The notes beneath the pieces are model-generated. The model saw nothing but the letters and a program-made list of their open reading frames with translations, did not search any database and was not told the origin of the DNA. The translations under genes and the position numbers were made by a program. This document shows, one piece after another, positions 45,580-54,251 of a stretch of 64,000 nucleotides of DNA. The stretch is from Capsulimonadaceae bacterium (GTDB lineage Bacteria; Armatimonadota; Armatimonadia; Armatimonadales; Capsulimonadaceae). Location: the NCBI GenBank assembly GCA_965215505.1, contig OZ244065.1, forward strand, positions 4,000,001 to 4,064,000. The letters run 5' to 3'. The number at the start of each line of letters is the position of its first letter. Position 1 is the first letter of the stretch.

Positions 45580-47787
45580 ATGCAAATACGAACGACTCTT
45601 ACCCTCCTCGCCGCCACCGCCGCCCTCTCCATCGCCGGGACTGGCGCGCGGGCGGCAGGCCCCATCCGCGTGGTCCTCAACGGGACGCCGCTGGCCTTCG
45701 CGCATACGCCGGCGATGCAGATCAAAGGCTCGACCCTGGTGCCAATGCGCGACATCTTCGAGGCCCTGGGCGCGACCGTCAAGTTCGACAAGGCTTCGCA
45801 GACCGTCTACGGCCAGAAGGGCGCGACGGCGATCATCCTGCCGCTGGGGGCTTTGACGGCGACCGTCAACGGCCAGCCGCAGACACTGCCGGAGCCTGCC
45901 CAGCTTGTCGCCGGGACGACGCTGGTTCCCCTGCGCTTCATCTCGGAGTCGCTCGGCGCGTCGGTCGGCTGGGACCCGTCCACCAGCACGGTGACGATCC
46001 AGACGATTGACCCGCACCTCGCCACCCTGCCCGCGCCGTCCCAGGCGGGCGTCGTGACAGGGCAGGTGACGGGCATCTACACGAACACGACGCCCAGCCA
46101 GCTTACCTTGCGGGTCGGCGGCAAAAACACAGTCGTACCGCTGGCCCCCAGCACGATCATCCTGCGTTCCACGACGGACCGGCCCGCCGTCGAGTCCCCC
46201 CTGAGCGCGATCAAGGCGGGCGACCAGGTGACGGTGCAGCGCGGCGACGACGGCGTGGCGACCATCGTGACGGCGACGTTCGGCGAGGTGGGGGGGACGA
46301 TCGTCAGCATCGGCAAGCTCGCGAGCGGCAGTGCGGCCATCACCCTGGACAGCGGGCGCGTCGTGGAACTGACCCCGGACGCGCCCGTCACGTTCGACGG
46401 CCTGCCGGTCGCCTTGGGCGACCTGAAGCGGGCGGAGAAGGTCGTCATCCGCACCAACCCCCAGAACAGCCTGGGCTACGGCGTGGCCGTGGCGACCGAC
46501 CCGACGCCCAACCCGACGCCGCCCGGCGAACCCCCCGCCCCGGCGAACCCGTTCCCCCTGGCGGCACCCTCGGTCGAGGTGACCTCGTTCACGACGGACG
46601 CTTCCCGGCCCCTACGGGCGGGTGGGACGCTGACGGCGACCCTGGCCGGGACTCCGGGCGGCAAGGCGACCTTCTCGATCCCCGGCGTGGCCGAGGACAT
46701 CCCCATGCGCGAAACCTCGCCCGGCGTCTACTCGGGGAGCTACACGGTCACGCGGGGCACGAATGCCCCCCGCGCCTCGGTCCTGGGCAAGCTGGTGGCG
46801 CGGGGCGTGACGAGCGCGCTGATCCAGGCGCCGGGGACCGTGACGCTGGCCACCCAGCCGCCCCGAGTCACCGACTTCGGGCCGGCCCGTGATGCCACCG
46901 TCGAAAGCGACCACCCGCTGATCTACGCCACCTTCTCGCACCCCGCCGGCGCTGAGGTGGACACCGGCGCGACCAGCATCCTCCTGGACGGTCGGAACGT
47001 GACCGGCGAGGCCGCCGTGACGGCCTCGCTGTTCACCTTCCGGCCCGCCGCCGCACTGGCGGGCGGCGGGCATACCGTTTCGGTCACGGTGGCCGACCGG
47101 GCGGGCAACGTCGCCACCCAGAGCTGGGGCTTCAAAGTCTCCACCAGCCGCGTCATCCAGTCGTTCACCACCAACGAGCCGTCGGGCCGCGCCATCGGGG
47201 CGGGTGCGACCATCGTGTTCACCTTGCGGGCTTTGCCGGGCGGCAAGGCGACCGCCACCGTGGGCGGCCTGGCGAAGACGATCCCGCTGGGCGAAACCGA
47301 TCCGGGCGTCTACGTCGGCGAGTACACCATCAAGGCCGGGGACAGCGTCTCGAACTCGCCCGTGACGGCGCGCTACGAGGCGCGGGACGGCACCGTCGTA
47401 AATGCAAGCCTCGCGACCGGCCTGACGGTCACGGCGGGTCCGCCGCCCGCGCCGCGAATCCTCAGCCCGATAGACGCGGAGTATGTGGACGCGAACCTGC
47501 CGCTGACCGTCCGGGGCCGCGCCGCGCCGGGCAGCACGGTCCGCCTGGTCGTGTCCTATGAGAGCAAGGTGCTGGGCGGCATCCTGCCGGTGAGCGGCCA
47601 GAGCGCCACCAAGGACGTGACCGCGAACAAGGGTGGGGAGTGGACGGCGGAGGCCCTGTCGCTCCGAGTCCGCAGCCTGCTGTTTGGGGGCACGCGCGAC
47701 ACGGTCTTCACCATCACCGCCACCGAGCTGGATGCGGCCGGCAACCCCGTCTCGGAGAGCGCCAAGGTCACGGTCCGGCCCGGTTAA
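45580..47787 (+). CDS. secreted copper-amine-oxidase N-terminal (stalk) domain protein with Ig-like repeats
   Basis: TLVPMRDIFEALGATV, TLVPLRFISESLGASVGWD; repeated PGVY.G.YT beta domains. Confidence 0.85.
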   Translation: MQIRTTLTLLAATAALSIAGTGARAAGPIRVVLNGTPLAFAHTPAMQIKGSTLVPMRDIFEALGATVKFDKASQTVYGQKGATAIILPLGALTATVNGQPQTLPEPAQLVAGTTLVPLRFISESLGASVGWDPSTSTVTIQTIDPHLATLPAPSQAGVVTGQVTGIYTNTTPSQLTLRVGGKNTVVPLAPSTIILRSTTDRPAVESPLSAIKAGDQVTVQRGDDGVATIVTATFGEVGGTIVSIGKLASGSAAITLDSGRVVELTPDAPVTFDGLPVALGDLKRAEKVVIRTNPQNSLGYGVAVATDPTPNPTPPGEPPAPANPFPLAAPSVEVTSFTTDASRPLRAGGTLTATLAGTPGGKATFSIPGVAEDIPMRETSPGVYSGSYTVTRGTNAPRASVLGKLVARGVTSALIQAPGTVTLATQPPRVTDFGPARDATVESDHPLIYATFSHPAGAEVDTGATSILLDGRNVTGEAAVTASLFTFRPAAALAGGGHTVSVTVADRAGNVATQSWGFKVSTSRVIQSFTTNEPSGRAIGAGATIVFTLRALPGGKATATVGGLAKTIPLGETDPGVYVGEYTIKAGDSVSNSPVTARYEARDGTVVNASLATGLTVTAGPPPAPRILSPIDAEYVDANLPLTVRGRAAPGSTVRLVVSYESKVLGGILPVSGQSATKDVTANKGGEWTAEALSLRVRSLLFGGTRDTVFTITATELDAAGNPVSESAKVTVRPG

Positions 47788-47796
47788 GGATTCCCC

Positions 47797-48852
47797 ATGA
47801 ACGCACTACTGATGCGCCTGAAGCGCATCTTCCTGATCAAGTTCGTCTTCGACGTTTTCGAGCGATTCGGTAAGGACAACGGCGGCCTGCTAGCCGCCGG
47901 CCTGTCCTTCTTCCTGGTTCTCGCCTTCGTGCCCCTGCTGCTGGTCGGCCTGTGGGCCTTGGGGCTGGTCTATGCGGACAAGCCCAACGAGGCGGTGGCG
48001 CAGATCCAGCACTTGCTGTCCACCCAGATATTGCCGGGAGCGGCGGGCGACGAGGTGAAGCACCTGATGGAGCGGGCGAACATCGCCGACGCTCAGGGGA
48101 ATGCCGGCCCCACTCTCCTGCACATCCTCCAGGGCCACGGGGTTGCGGGCATCGTTGGCTTGCTTGGCATCGTCTGGGCGGCGATCCAGATCTTCATCAA
48201 CGGCTCGACGGCGATGAACGCGGCCTGGCAGACGCAGGAGAAGCGCAACTGGTTCGCCCTGCGCGGGGTCGCGCTGGCCCTGCTGGTGGGGGTCGGCGTC
48301 CTGCTGGTGCTGTCCCTGGTCGTGACCGCCTTCTCCACCTACGTCTCCGACAGCCCCTTCGCGCACGACGTCCCATTCGCGGGGGCCATCGAGGCCGGTG
48401 CGCTCGAACTCGGCGCGGTCATCGTCAGCGGCCTGATGTACGCCGTCACCTACAAGTTCCTGCCGTCGCCCTCGGCCAAGGTCTCATGGCGCTCCGCCCT
48501 CGTCGGTGGTGCGGTGGCCGCCATCGCTTTTGAGGTGGTCAAGAAGGGCCTGTCCGTCTACCTGCTCAAGCCGAACAAGTCTTTGTACGGCGAGCTGGGC
48601 AACCTCATCGCCTTCGTCCTGTGGGTCTACTACTCGATGATGATCCTGCTGCTTGGGGCGGAGGTTTCGGCGGTCTACGCGGATGACGTCGAGGGGAGCG
48701 CCGCCACGCGGCTGAAGCGGGTGTCCCGCGCCACCGCCGTCGCCATCCCCGATGCCCCCTCCAACTCGCCCCTGGCGCGGGCGAAGGAGAAGAACCGCGC
48801 GCAGCGGGTGCGGAAGACGGGGCAGAAGGACGGCGAGCAGGCACGGCGGTGA
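47797..48852 (+). CDS. YihY/BrkB family membrane protein
   Basis: AAGLSFF, AMNAAW, YG.LG..LWVYYS..ILLLGAE. Confidence 0.9.
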   Translation: MNALLMRLKRIFLIKFVFDVFERFGKDNGGLLAAGLSFFLVLAFVPLLLVGLWALGLVYADKPNEAVAQIQHLLSTQILPGAAGDEVKHLMERANIADAQGNAGPTLLHILQGHGVAGIVGLLGIVWAAIQIFINGSTAMNAAWQTQEKRNWFALRGVALALLVGVGVLLVLSLVVTAFSTYVSDSPFAHDVPFAGAIEAGALELGAVIVSGLMYAVTYKFLPSPSAKVSWRSALVGGAVAAIAFEVVKKGLSVYLLKPNKSLYGELGNLIAFVLWVYYSMMILLLGAEVSAVYADDVEGSAATRLKRVSRATAVAIPDAPSNSPLARAKEKNRAQRVRKTGQKDGEQARR

Positions 48853-49039
48853 ACCCACCCCGCTGCAAGCAGCGACCCTCCCGGAGCGGGAGGGTGGACT
48901 GGGAAGGTTGTTGAGAGGTTTAGCGGGATGATTGGGTGGCTGGGCGGTTAAAGAGGCCGCGTCAAGAAGACAAAACCCGACGACCACCCTCCCGCCCTTC
49001 CCGCTCCGGGAGGGGCAGCGACTTGTCGCGGGGTGGGTT
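48852..49039. repeat. long palindromic element, family A variant
   Basis: AACCCACCCCGC..CCCTCCCGGAGCGGGA / TCCCGCTCCGGGAGGG..GCGGGGTGGGTT; one end also at ~32205-32233. Confidence 0.8.
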
Positions 49040-50322
49040 CAGAAAAGCCCCCACCGCTTCTTCTTCGGGCCATCCTGGCTGGCGTCCGACCCGCCCGGCT
49101 CCGGCCCCATCTTCGCCAACTCCTGCGCGGCATATAGCCCCGGCTCCCCCGCCGCGTCCAGCGCCACCGCCCTCTGGAATTCCGCCCGCGCCTCTTCCGT
49201 CCGCCCGTCCGCGAGGTAGCAGCCGCCCAGCACCGACCGGCGCAGGGCGTCGTCCGGCTGGAGGGCCAGCGCGCGCTCGTAAAGCGGAATGGCCTGGTCC
49301 AAGCGCCCGAACATGGCGTGGAGGCGGCCCAGGCTGACGACCGCCTTGTGGTAGTCCGGGGCTTTTTGCAGGGCGATCTCGTTCAGCCGGATCGCCTCGT
49401 TCCAGTTCTCCTCCTGCTCGTAAGTCCCCGCCATATTGACGTAGAGGGCGGGGTTGTCCGGCGCATAGTCCTGCGCCTTCTCCCAGAAGTTGCGGGCGGT
49501 CTTGGGGTCCCCGAGGTAGATGGAGGCCAGGCCCAGTTCAAAGTAAACGTCGCCCAGGTCCGCGGGGTCAGTGGTGACGGATGCCGCGCGGGATAGGCGC
49601 TTGCGCGTCATCGCGTAGTCGGTCTGCGTCTTGTAGAGCATGGCGCTGTTGTAGAGCGCGAGGAAAAAGTCGGGGTCCTGCCCGATGGCCTGCTCGTAAT
49701 AGCCGAGTTTCGTCTCCGGCGTCCGCGCCAGCCGCTTGCCCTTCAGGAAGGCCACATAGGCGGGCCAGGAGGCCGTCGGCTGCAAGACGTCCGTCGTGAA
49801 GCCCCAGGGTACGTTCGCGCCCAATGTGTCCAGCAGCGCCACGCCCAGCCGGTATTGCAGGGCAATCCACAGGTCATAATCTAAGGCCAGCACTTCCGGC
49901 CTGGCGTTCGGGTCGAAGGCCGACAGGGTCAGGCTGTCCGGCGCGAAGAACTCGCCGGTCGCGGGCAGGAAGACGCGCAGCGAGACGGTGATCCGGGCCA
50001 AGGCCCCCGTTTCGGGGTGTCGCTCGCAGGAGAGCATCCCGTCCACCAGCGCGTCACACTGCGCTTTTGCGGCCAGCGCGAAGACCTCGCCCTCGGTCAG
50101 CGGCGGGGAGGGCCGGTCTTTCTTGTCCGTTCCCCCCAAGGCGTCGTGGACATCGGCATAGGCAAAGCCGCCCGCCGCCTCGACAGCGGTTTCGAGCGCG
50201 AACAGGATGCCGTGTTCGAAGAGCAGGATGTCGTCGCCGAACATGTCCGCGCCCAGCGGCGCGAAGACGAGTTTCTGCTGGGCTGACTGAGACGGCGGCG
50301 TGTCGGGTTGCTGCAAATTCAT
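49039..50322 (-). CDS. tetratricopeptide repeat protein
   Basis: multiple TPR helices (YEQAIGQDPDFFLALYN, YERALALQPDD). Confidence 0.85.
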   Translation of the reverse strand: MNLQQPDTPPSQSAQQKLVFAPLGADMFGDDILLFEHGILFALETAVEAAGGFAYADVHDALGGTDKKDRPSPPLTEGEVFALAAKAQCDALVDGMLSCERHPETGALARITVSLRVFLPATGEFFAPDSLTLSAFDPNARPEVLALDYDLWIALQYRLGVALLDTLGANVPWGFTTDVLQPTASWPAYVAFLKGKRLARTPETKLGYYEQAIGQDPDFFLALYNSAMLYKTQTDYAMTRKRLSRAASVTTDPADLGDVYFELGLASIYLGDPKTARNFWEKAQDYAPDNPALYVNMAGTYEQEENWNEAIRLNEIALQKAPDYHKAVVSLGRLHAMFGRLDQAIPLYERALALQPDDALRRSVLGGCYLADGRTEEARAEFQRAVALDAAGEPGLYAAQELAKMGPEPGGSDASQDGPKKKRWGLF

Positions 50323-50397
50323 GGTATCATTGTACCCGACGCTCTGCCAGGCCTGGGACTGGAAACGCGGACAGCAGGAGCGAAGACAGGTGCCGCC

Positions 50398-50979
50398 ATG
50401 ATCTCCGACATCATCCTGATCGGCCCGATCGGCGCGGGCAAGAGTACCCTAGCCGCCCTGCTGGCCGGACGGCTGGGCGTGCCGCGCTGTTGCATGGACG
50501 AGGAGCGCTGGCCCTATATGCAGGAGGTGGGGTATGACCCAGCTGTCGCGGACGGGATCAGGAAGCGGGACCGGCACTGGGGGAACGTGTTCGCCTACTG
50601 GAAACAGTTCGAGGCGCACATGGTCGAGCGGCTGCTGGAGGAACACCGGGGCTGCGTCATTGACTTCGGGGCGAGCCAGTCTGTCTACGAGGACGAGGCC
50701 GACTTCGTCCGCGTCCAGGCGGCGCTGGCTGACTACGCGAATGTCGTACTCGTCCTGCCCTCCCAGGACCCCGCCGAGTCGCTGCGCGTCCTGAAAGAGC
50801 GGGTTTGGGACGGTGTGGCGGGCGGCTTCGACTTTCAGGAGCACTTCGTCAACCACCCGTCCAACCGTCGTTTGGCGACGCTGACCGTCTACACCGAGGG
50901 CAAGACGCCCGCCGAGACGTGCGACGAAATCTTGCGCCGCCTGCCGCTTCCGTTCGGCACCGAGGAAACAATCCCATGA
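50398..50979 (+). CDS. shikimate-kinase-like P-loop kinase
   Basis: IILIGPIGAGKST, VIDFGA. Confidence 0.75.
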   Translation: MISDIILIGPIGAGKSTLAALLAGRLGVPRCCMDEERWPYMQEVGYDPAVADGIRKRDRHWGNVFAYWKQFEAHMVERLLEEHRGCVIDFGASQSVYEDEADFVRVQAALADYANVVLVLPSQDPAESLRVLKERVWDGVAGGFDFQEHFVNHPSNRRLATLTVYTEGKTPAETCDEILRRLPLPFGTEETIP

Positions 50980-51221
50980 CCATCCCCATCGAGTTTGACG
51001 ACCGCTTGACCGAGCTGGCGGGCGGCGCGGGCGGCCTCTCCGTCAGCGCGACGAGCGTTCACGGCGCGCTCATCCAGGTCGCCAAGGCGCACCCCAAGTT
51101 CCGGATGTTCAACTGCGACGGCGAGCTGCGCTCCATCCTGCGCGTCCACCGCAACGGGACCCCGGCCGCCATCGGCGATGCGCTGGCCGAGGGCGATGCG
51201 CTGCGGCTGTCGCTGGGATGA
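50976..51221 (+). CDS. MoaD/ThiS-like beta-grasp protein
   Basis: 81 aa; L.ELAGG, DGELR..LRVHRNG, LAEGD pattern; ends SLG. Confidence 0.65.
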   Translation: MTIPIEFDDRLTELAGGAGGLSVSATSVHGALIQVAKAHPKFRMFNCDGELRSILRVHRNGTPAAIGDALAEGDALRLSLG

Positions 51222-51592
51222 ACGAGTTTGGGACAGACGAAGGCAGGGTTTGGCCCCCGCCGCCGGCGCGGGAAGAGCCGGGGACCTGGGAAGAGCCGAC
51301 CGCGCCGCGTCTCACCGACCGCGCCCTCGGGCGGGCGGCACTCGGGCTGTCCGGCCTCGGGTCACTCTGCGCGCTGGCCTGCGCGCTGTCCGGCATGATC
51401 GACCCGCGCGGCCACTGGTTCAGCCTGTGGGAAACGCTCCAGTCCGGTGCCGTGGATGGCGCCTTCGCCGGCCTCTTCACCGGCTTTTTCGGCTGGAACT
51501 CGTGGGAGGGGAAGGTCGGCGTGTGGCTCGCCGTCGCCAGCCCGCTCTGGGTGGTGGCGGCTCTCCTGGTGGCTGCGGCCCACAGGCATTGA
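51218..51592 (+). CDS. small membrane protein with N-terminal VWPPPP motif
   Basis: EGRVWPPPP then three hydrophobic segments; ATGA overlap. Confidence 0.7.
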   Translation: MNEFGTDEGRVWPPPPAREEPGTWEEPTAPRLTDRALGRAALGLSGLGSLCALACALSGMIDPRGHWFSLWETLQSGAVDGAFAGLFTGFFGWNSWEGKVGVWLAVASPLWVVAALLVAAAHRH

Positions 51593-51657
51593 CGGCTCCC
51601 TGGCGAGAAGCGCCACCGGCACTGGAAGTGCCGGCCTACTCTTGACCGGTCCCGACT

Positions 51658-54018
51658 CTACGCCGCTAGGCGCAGGGCCGGGTCCTTCTCTTCGTCCCCA
51701 GCCTCAGAATTCTTCCCGCCCTCCGCTTCCTCTCGCAGCGTTCGCGCCAAGGCATCCACGACGGCGGCGTCGAATTGGGTGCCGGCGCACCGGTGCATCT
51801 CCTCCAATGCCTGGGCGATGGGTCTCCCCCGGCGGTAGGGGCGGTCGGTGGTCATCGCTCCGTAGGCGTCCGCGACGGCCACGATGCGGGCGGCCAGGGG
51901 AATCGCCTCGCCGGCCAGGCCGTCCGGGTAGCCGCCGCCGTCCCATCGCTCGTGGTGGGCGCGGACGGACGGCGCGATGACGCGCAGGGAGGGCATCCGG
52001 CTGACCACGTCCGCGCCGACGACCGGGTGCCGGCGCATCAGCACCCACTCTTCCTCGGTCAGACGGCCCGGCTTTTGCAGCACGGCGTCGGGGACCGCCA
52101 CCTTGCCCACATCGTGGAGCTGCCCGACCAGGCCGACGATCCGCGCCTCCTGCGTGTCCATGCCCAGGGCCAGGGCCAGGCGGATCGAGAGGGCGGCCAC
52201 CTCGTCCGTGTGCCGGCCCGTGTAGTTGTCGCGGGCCGCCACCAGGGCGGCCAGGCCCGCCACCTCGCCGCGCAGGGCGTTCTCCTCGCGCGAGCCGACC
52301 TGGTCGCCCGCGCCCAGGGCCGACACGGCGGGGTCGGTGATGGAGCGCGCCTGGTTGCGCCCCAGGCGCTTGGCGGCGTACATCGCCCGGTCCGCAGCCT
52401 CCACCATCTCGGAGCGGTCCTCGGCGTCGTCGGGGAAAACGGCCACCCCCAGGGAGCAGGTCAGCCGGCCTCCCCCGCCCGCCCGGAAGCCGTAGGAGGC
52501 GACGGCGGTCCGCACGGTTTCGGCCAGGGCCAAAGCCGATGCGCGGTCCGTCTCCGGCAGCAGGGCGACGAACTCCTCGCCGCCCCAGCGCCCCACGGTG
52601 TCCATCCCGCGCAGGCAGCCCGACACGACCGCCCCGAACTCGGCCAGCGCGGCGTCCCCGGCGACATGGCCGCAGCCGTCGTTGAGCGCCTTGAAGTGGT
52701 CAATGTCCAGGAACAGCAGCGCGCAGGGGCGGCCGAAGCGGGCGGACCGCTCCAGCTCACGGTCCACGGCGCTGACGACCGCCCGGTGGTTGGGCAGGCC
52801 GGTGATCGGGTCGGCGGTCGCCAGGGCGGCCAGCTTGTCCGCCGCGCCGGCGATCTGGCGCGTCTCCCGGTAGAGGACCACGCCGACGCCCCCCGCGATG
52901 ACGAAGCCGAGGAGCAGGAGCGTAAAGATCATGCGCGTCTGGCCCTCGTTCAGCCGCGTCTGGAAGCCCCTGAAGTCGGCGGCGTCCGTGTCGGCGACGA
53001 TCACCCAGTCCCAGGGGGCGTAGTAGGCCGCCTGCGCGACCCGCGCGGAGGAAGGCCCGCCGGGCCGCCCCAGGCGGTAGCGGACCGTCGCCGACCCGCC
53101 GGGCACTGCTCCACGCGCCGCCGCCACGATCCGCTGGACGTACAGGCCGCCGTTGGCGTCCTGTTCGTCCCACAAGTCCTGCCCGTCCAGACCGCCGCCG
53201 GGCGAGATGCGGCAGCGCCCGCGCTCCGCCCCCTCACCGCCGAGGATGGTGATCGCCCCGGTCTTGCCGACGCGCGTGTGCTGGATGGCTCGGCGCAGGG
53301 CCGGGGCGCTCTCCTGCCGCCGCCCGGTGAAAAGCGCTCCGATTACCCGGCCGCCTTCGCCCAGGAGCGGCTGATAGTCGGAGACGTACCAGGCGTTGAC
53401 GACGTAAGCGTTACCGTGGTAGGTGCGGCCCGCCAGCACGGTCGCCGCGACCGGGTTCGGCCGGCCGTCGGGGTTGACGGCGGGGATGAAGGTGCCGATC
53501 GCGCGCCGGCCCGCCCGCGTGCGGACGTTCGTGCCGACGCGCAGCAGGTCCCCGCGCGCGTCCATCCGCTGGAAGATCGTGACCGTCGCCCCGCCCATCG
53601 CGCTGACCTCGTCCACGATGGGCGTCGCCCGAGTGAACGTGGCGTTCTGCCCGAGCCAGGTCTTGCCGATCAGCATCTTCGGCAGGACGACGCCCCGCTT
53701 CGCCTGCGTGAACTGGTTGGTCGCCGTCCATGACACGCGCGCGGGCGCGAGGCGCACCGCCCCGTGCTGCGCCAGGACGTGCCGGGCCGTGCGGAGGTCG
53801 TCGTCCACCTGGCGGCTGATGGACTGGTCCTGGGACTGGATCAGGTCGTAGGTGCCGCGCGTGGTCTGGGTCAGGTCTGCCGAAACCAGGCGGTCCACTT
53901 CCTCCCGCGCCCGCGCGTGGAAGACGTTGGTCTGCCAGACGCCCACGGCGGTCAGGGCGGCGGTCGTCAGGAGGGTGCTGCCGAAGCCCATCAGCATCAG
54001 ACGGGTTCGGATCAGCAT
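51658..54018 (-). CDS. Cache sensor - GGDEF - HD-GYP c-di-GMP enzyme
   Basis: two TM helices, GATVTIFQR Cache motif, WGGEEF, LHDVGK, HHERWDGGGYPDG. Confidence 0.92.
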   Translation of the reverse strand: MLIRTRLMLMGFGSTLLTTAALTAVGVWQTNVFHARAREEVDRLVSADLTQTTRGTYDLIQSQDQSISRQVDDDLRTARHVLAQHGAVRLAPARVSWTATNQFTQAKRGVVLPKMLIGKTWLGQNATFTRATPIVDEVSAMGGATVTIFQRMDARGDLLRVGTNVRTRAGRRAIGTFIPAVNPDGRPNPVAATVLAGRTYHGNAYVVNAWYVSDYQPLLGEGGRVIGALFTGRRQESAPALRRAIQHTRVGKTGAITILGGEGAERGRCRISPGGGLDGQDLWDEQDANGGLYVQRIVAAARGAVPGGSATVRYRLGRPGGPSSARVAQAAYYAPWDWVIVADTDAADFRGFQTRLNEGQTRMIFTLLLLGFVIAGGVGVVLYRETRQIAGAADKLAALATADPITGLPNHRAVVSAVDRELERSARFGRPCALLFLDIDHFKALNDGCGHVAGDAALAEFGAVVSGCLRGMDTVGRWGGEEFVALLPETDRASALALAETVRTAVASYGFRAGGGGRLTCSLGVAVFPDDAEDRSEMVEAADRAMYAAKRLGRNQARSITDPAVSALGAGDQVGSREENALRGEVAGLAALVAARDNYTGRHTDEVAALSIRLALALGMDTQEARIVGLVGQLHDVGKVAVPDAVLQKPGRLTEEEWVLMRRHPVVGADVVSRMPSLRVIAPSVRAHHERWDGGGYPDGLAGEAIPLAARIVAVADAYGAMTTDRPYRRGRPIAQALEEMHRCAGTQFDAAVVDALARTLREEAEGGKNSEAGDEEKDPALRLAA

Positions 54019-54114
54019 GACGGCTTCCGGGTCATAAAGGGACGGGCACGGGTGGGACGGGTGGGGGCGGGCATCGGCGTAGCACTTTCTTTAGCCGGAC
54101 GACTCTCCTTCTGA

Positions 54115-54142
54115 GTATCGGCCTTTCCACCGGTCATCTTCA
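54115..54142 (-). promoter_or_regulatory. putative sigma28 (FliA/SigD) promoter
   Basis: minus strand TGAAG-N15-GCCGATAC. Confidence 0.55.
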
Positions 54143-54251
54143 GGGCCTATGGAACTGCTCCTGTAAGCGTATGACAAGAGGAGGACGCCGACACCCGATT
54201 ATTCCACACCAGGCCAGCAATTCCATGGGCGGGGACGCTTGATCGCTCCGC

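Noticed and set aside
51775-53733. 652-aa plus-strand ORF (likewise 55254..57071, 28327..29925, 33527..34720)
   Set aside because: antisense shadows of well-supported genes, expected in high-GC DNA; no recognisable motifs
54071-54093. second sigma28 site (TAAAG...GCCGATGC, minus strand)
   Set aside because: spacer is only 10 nt
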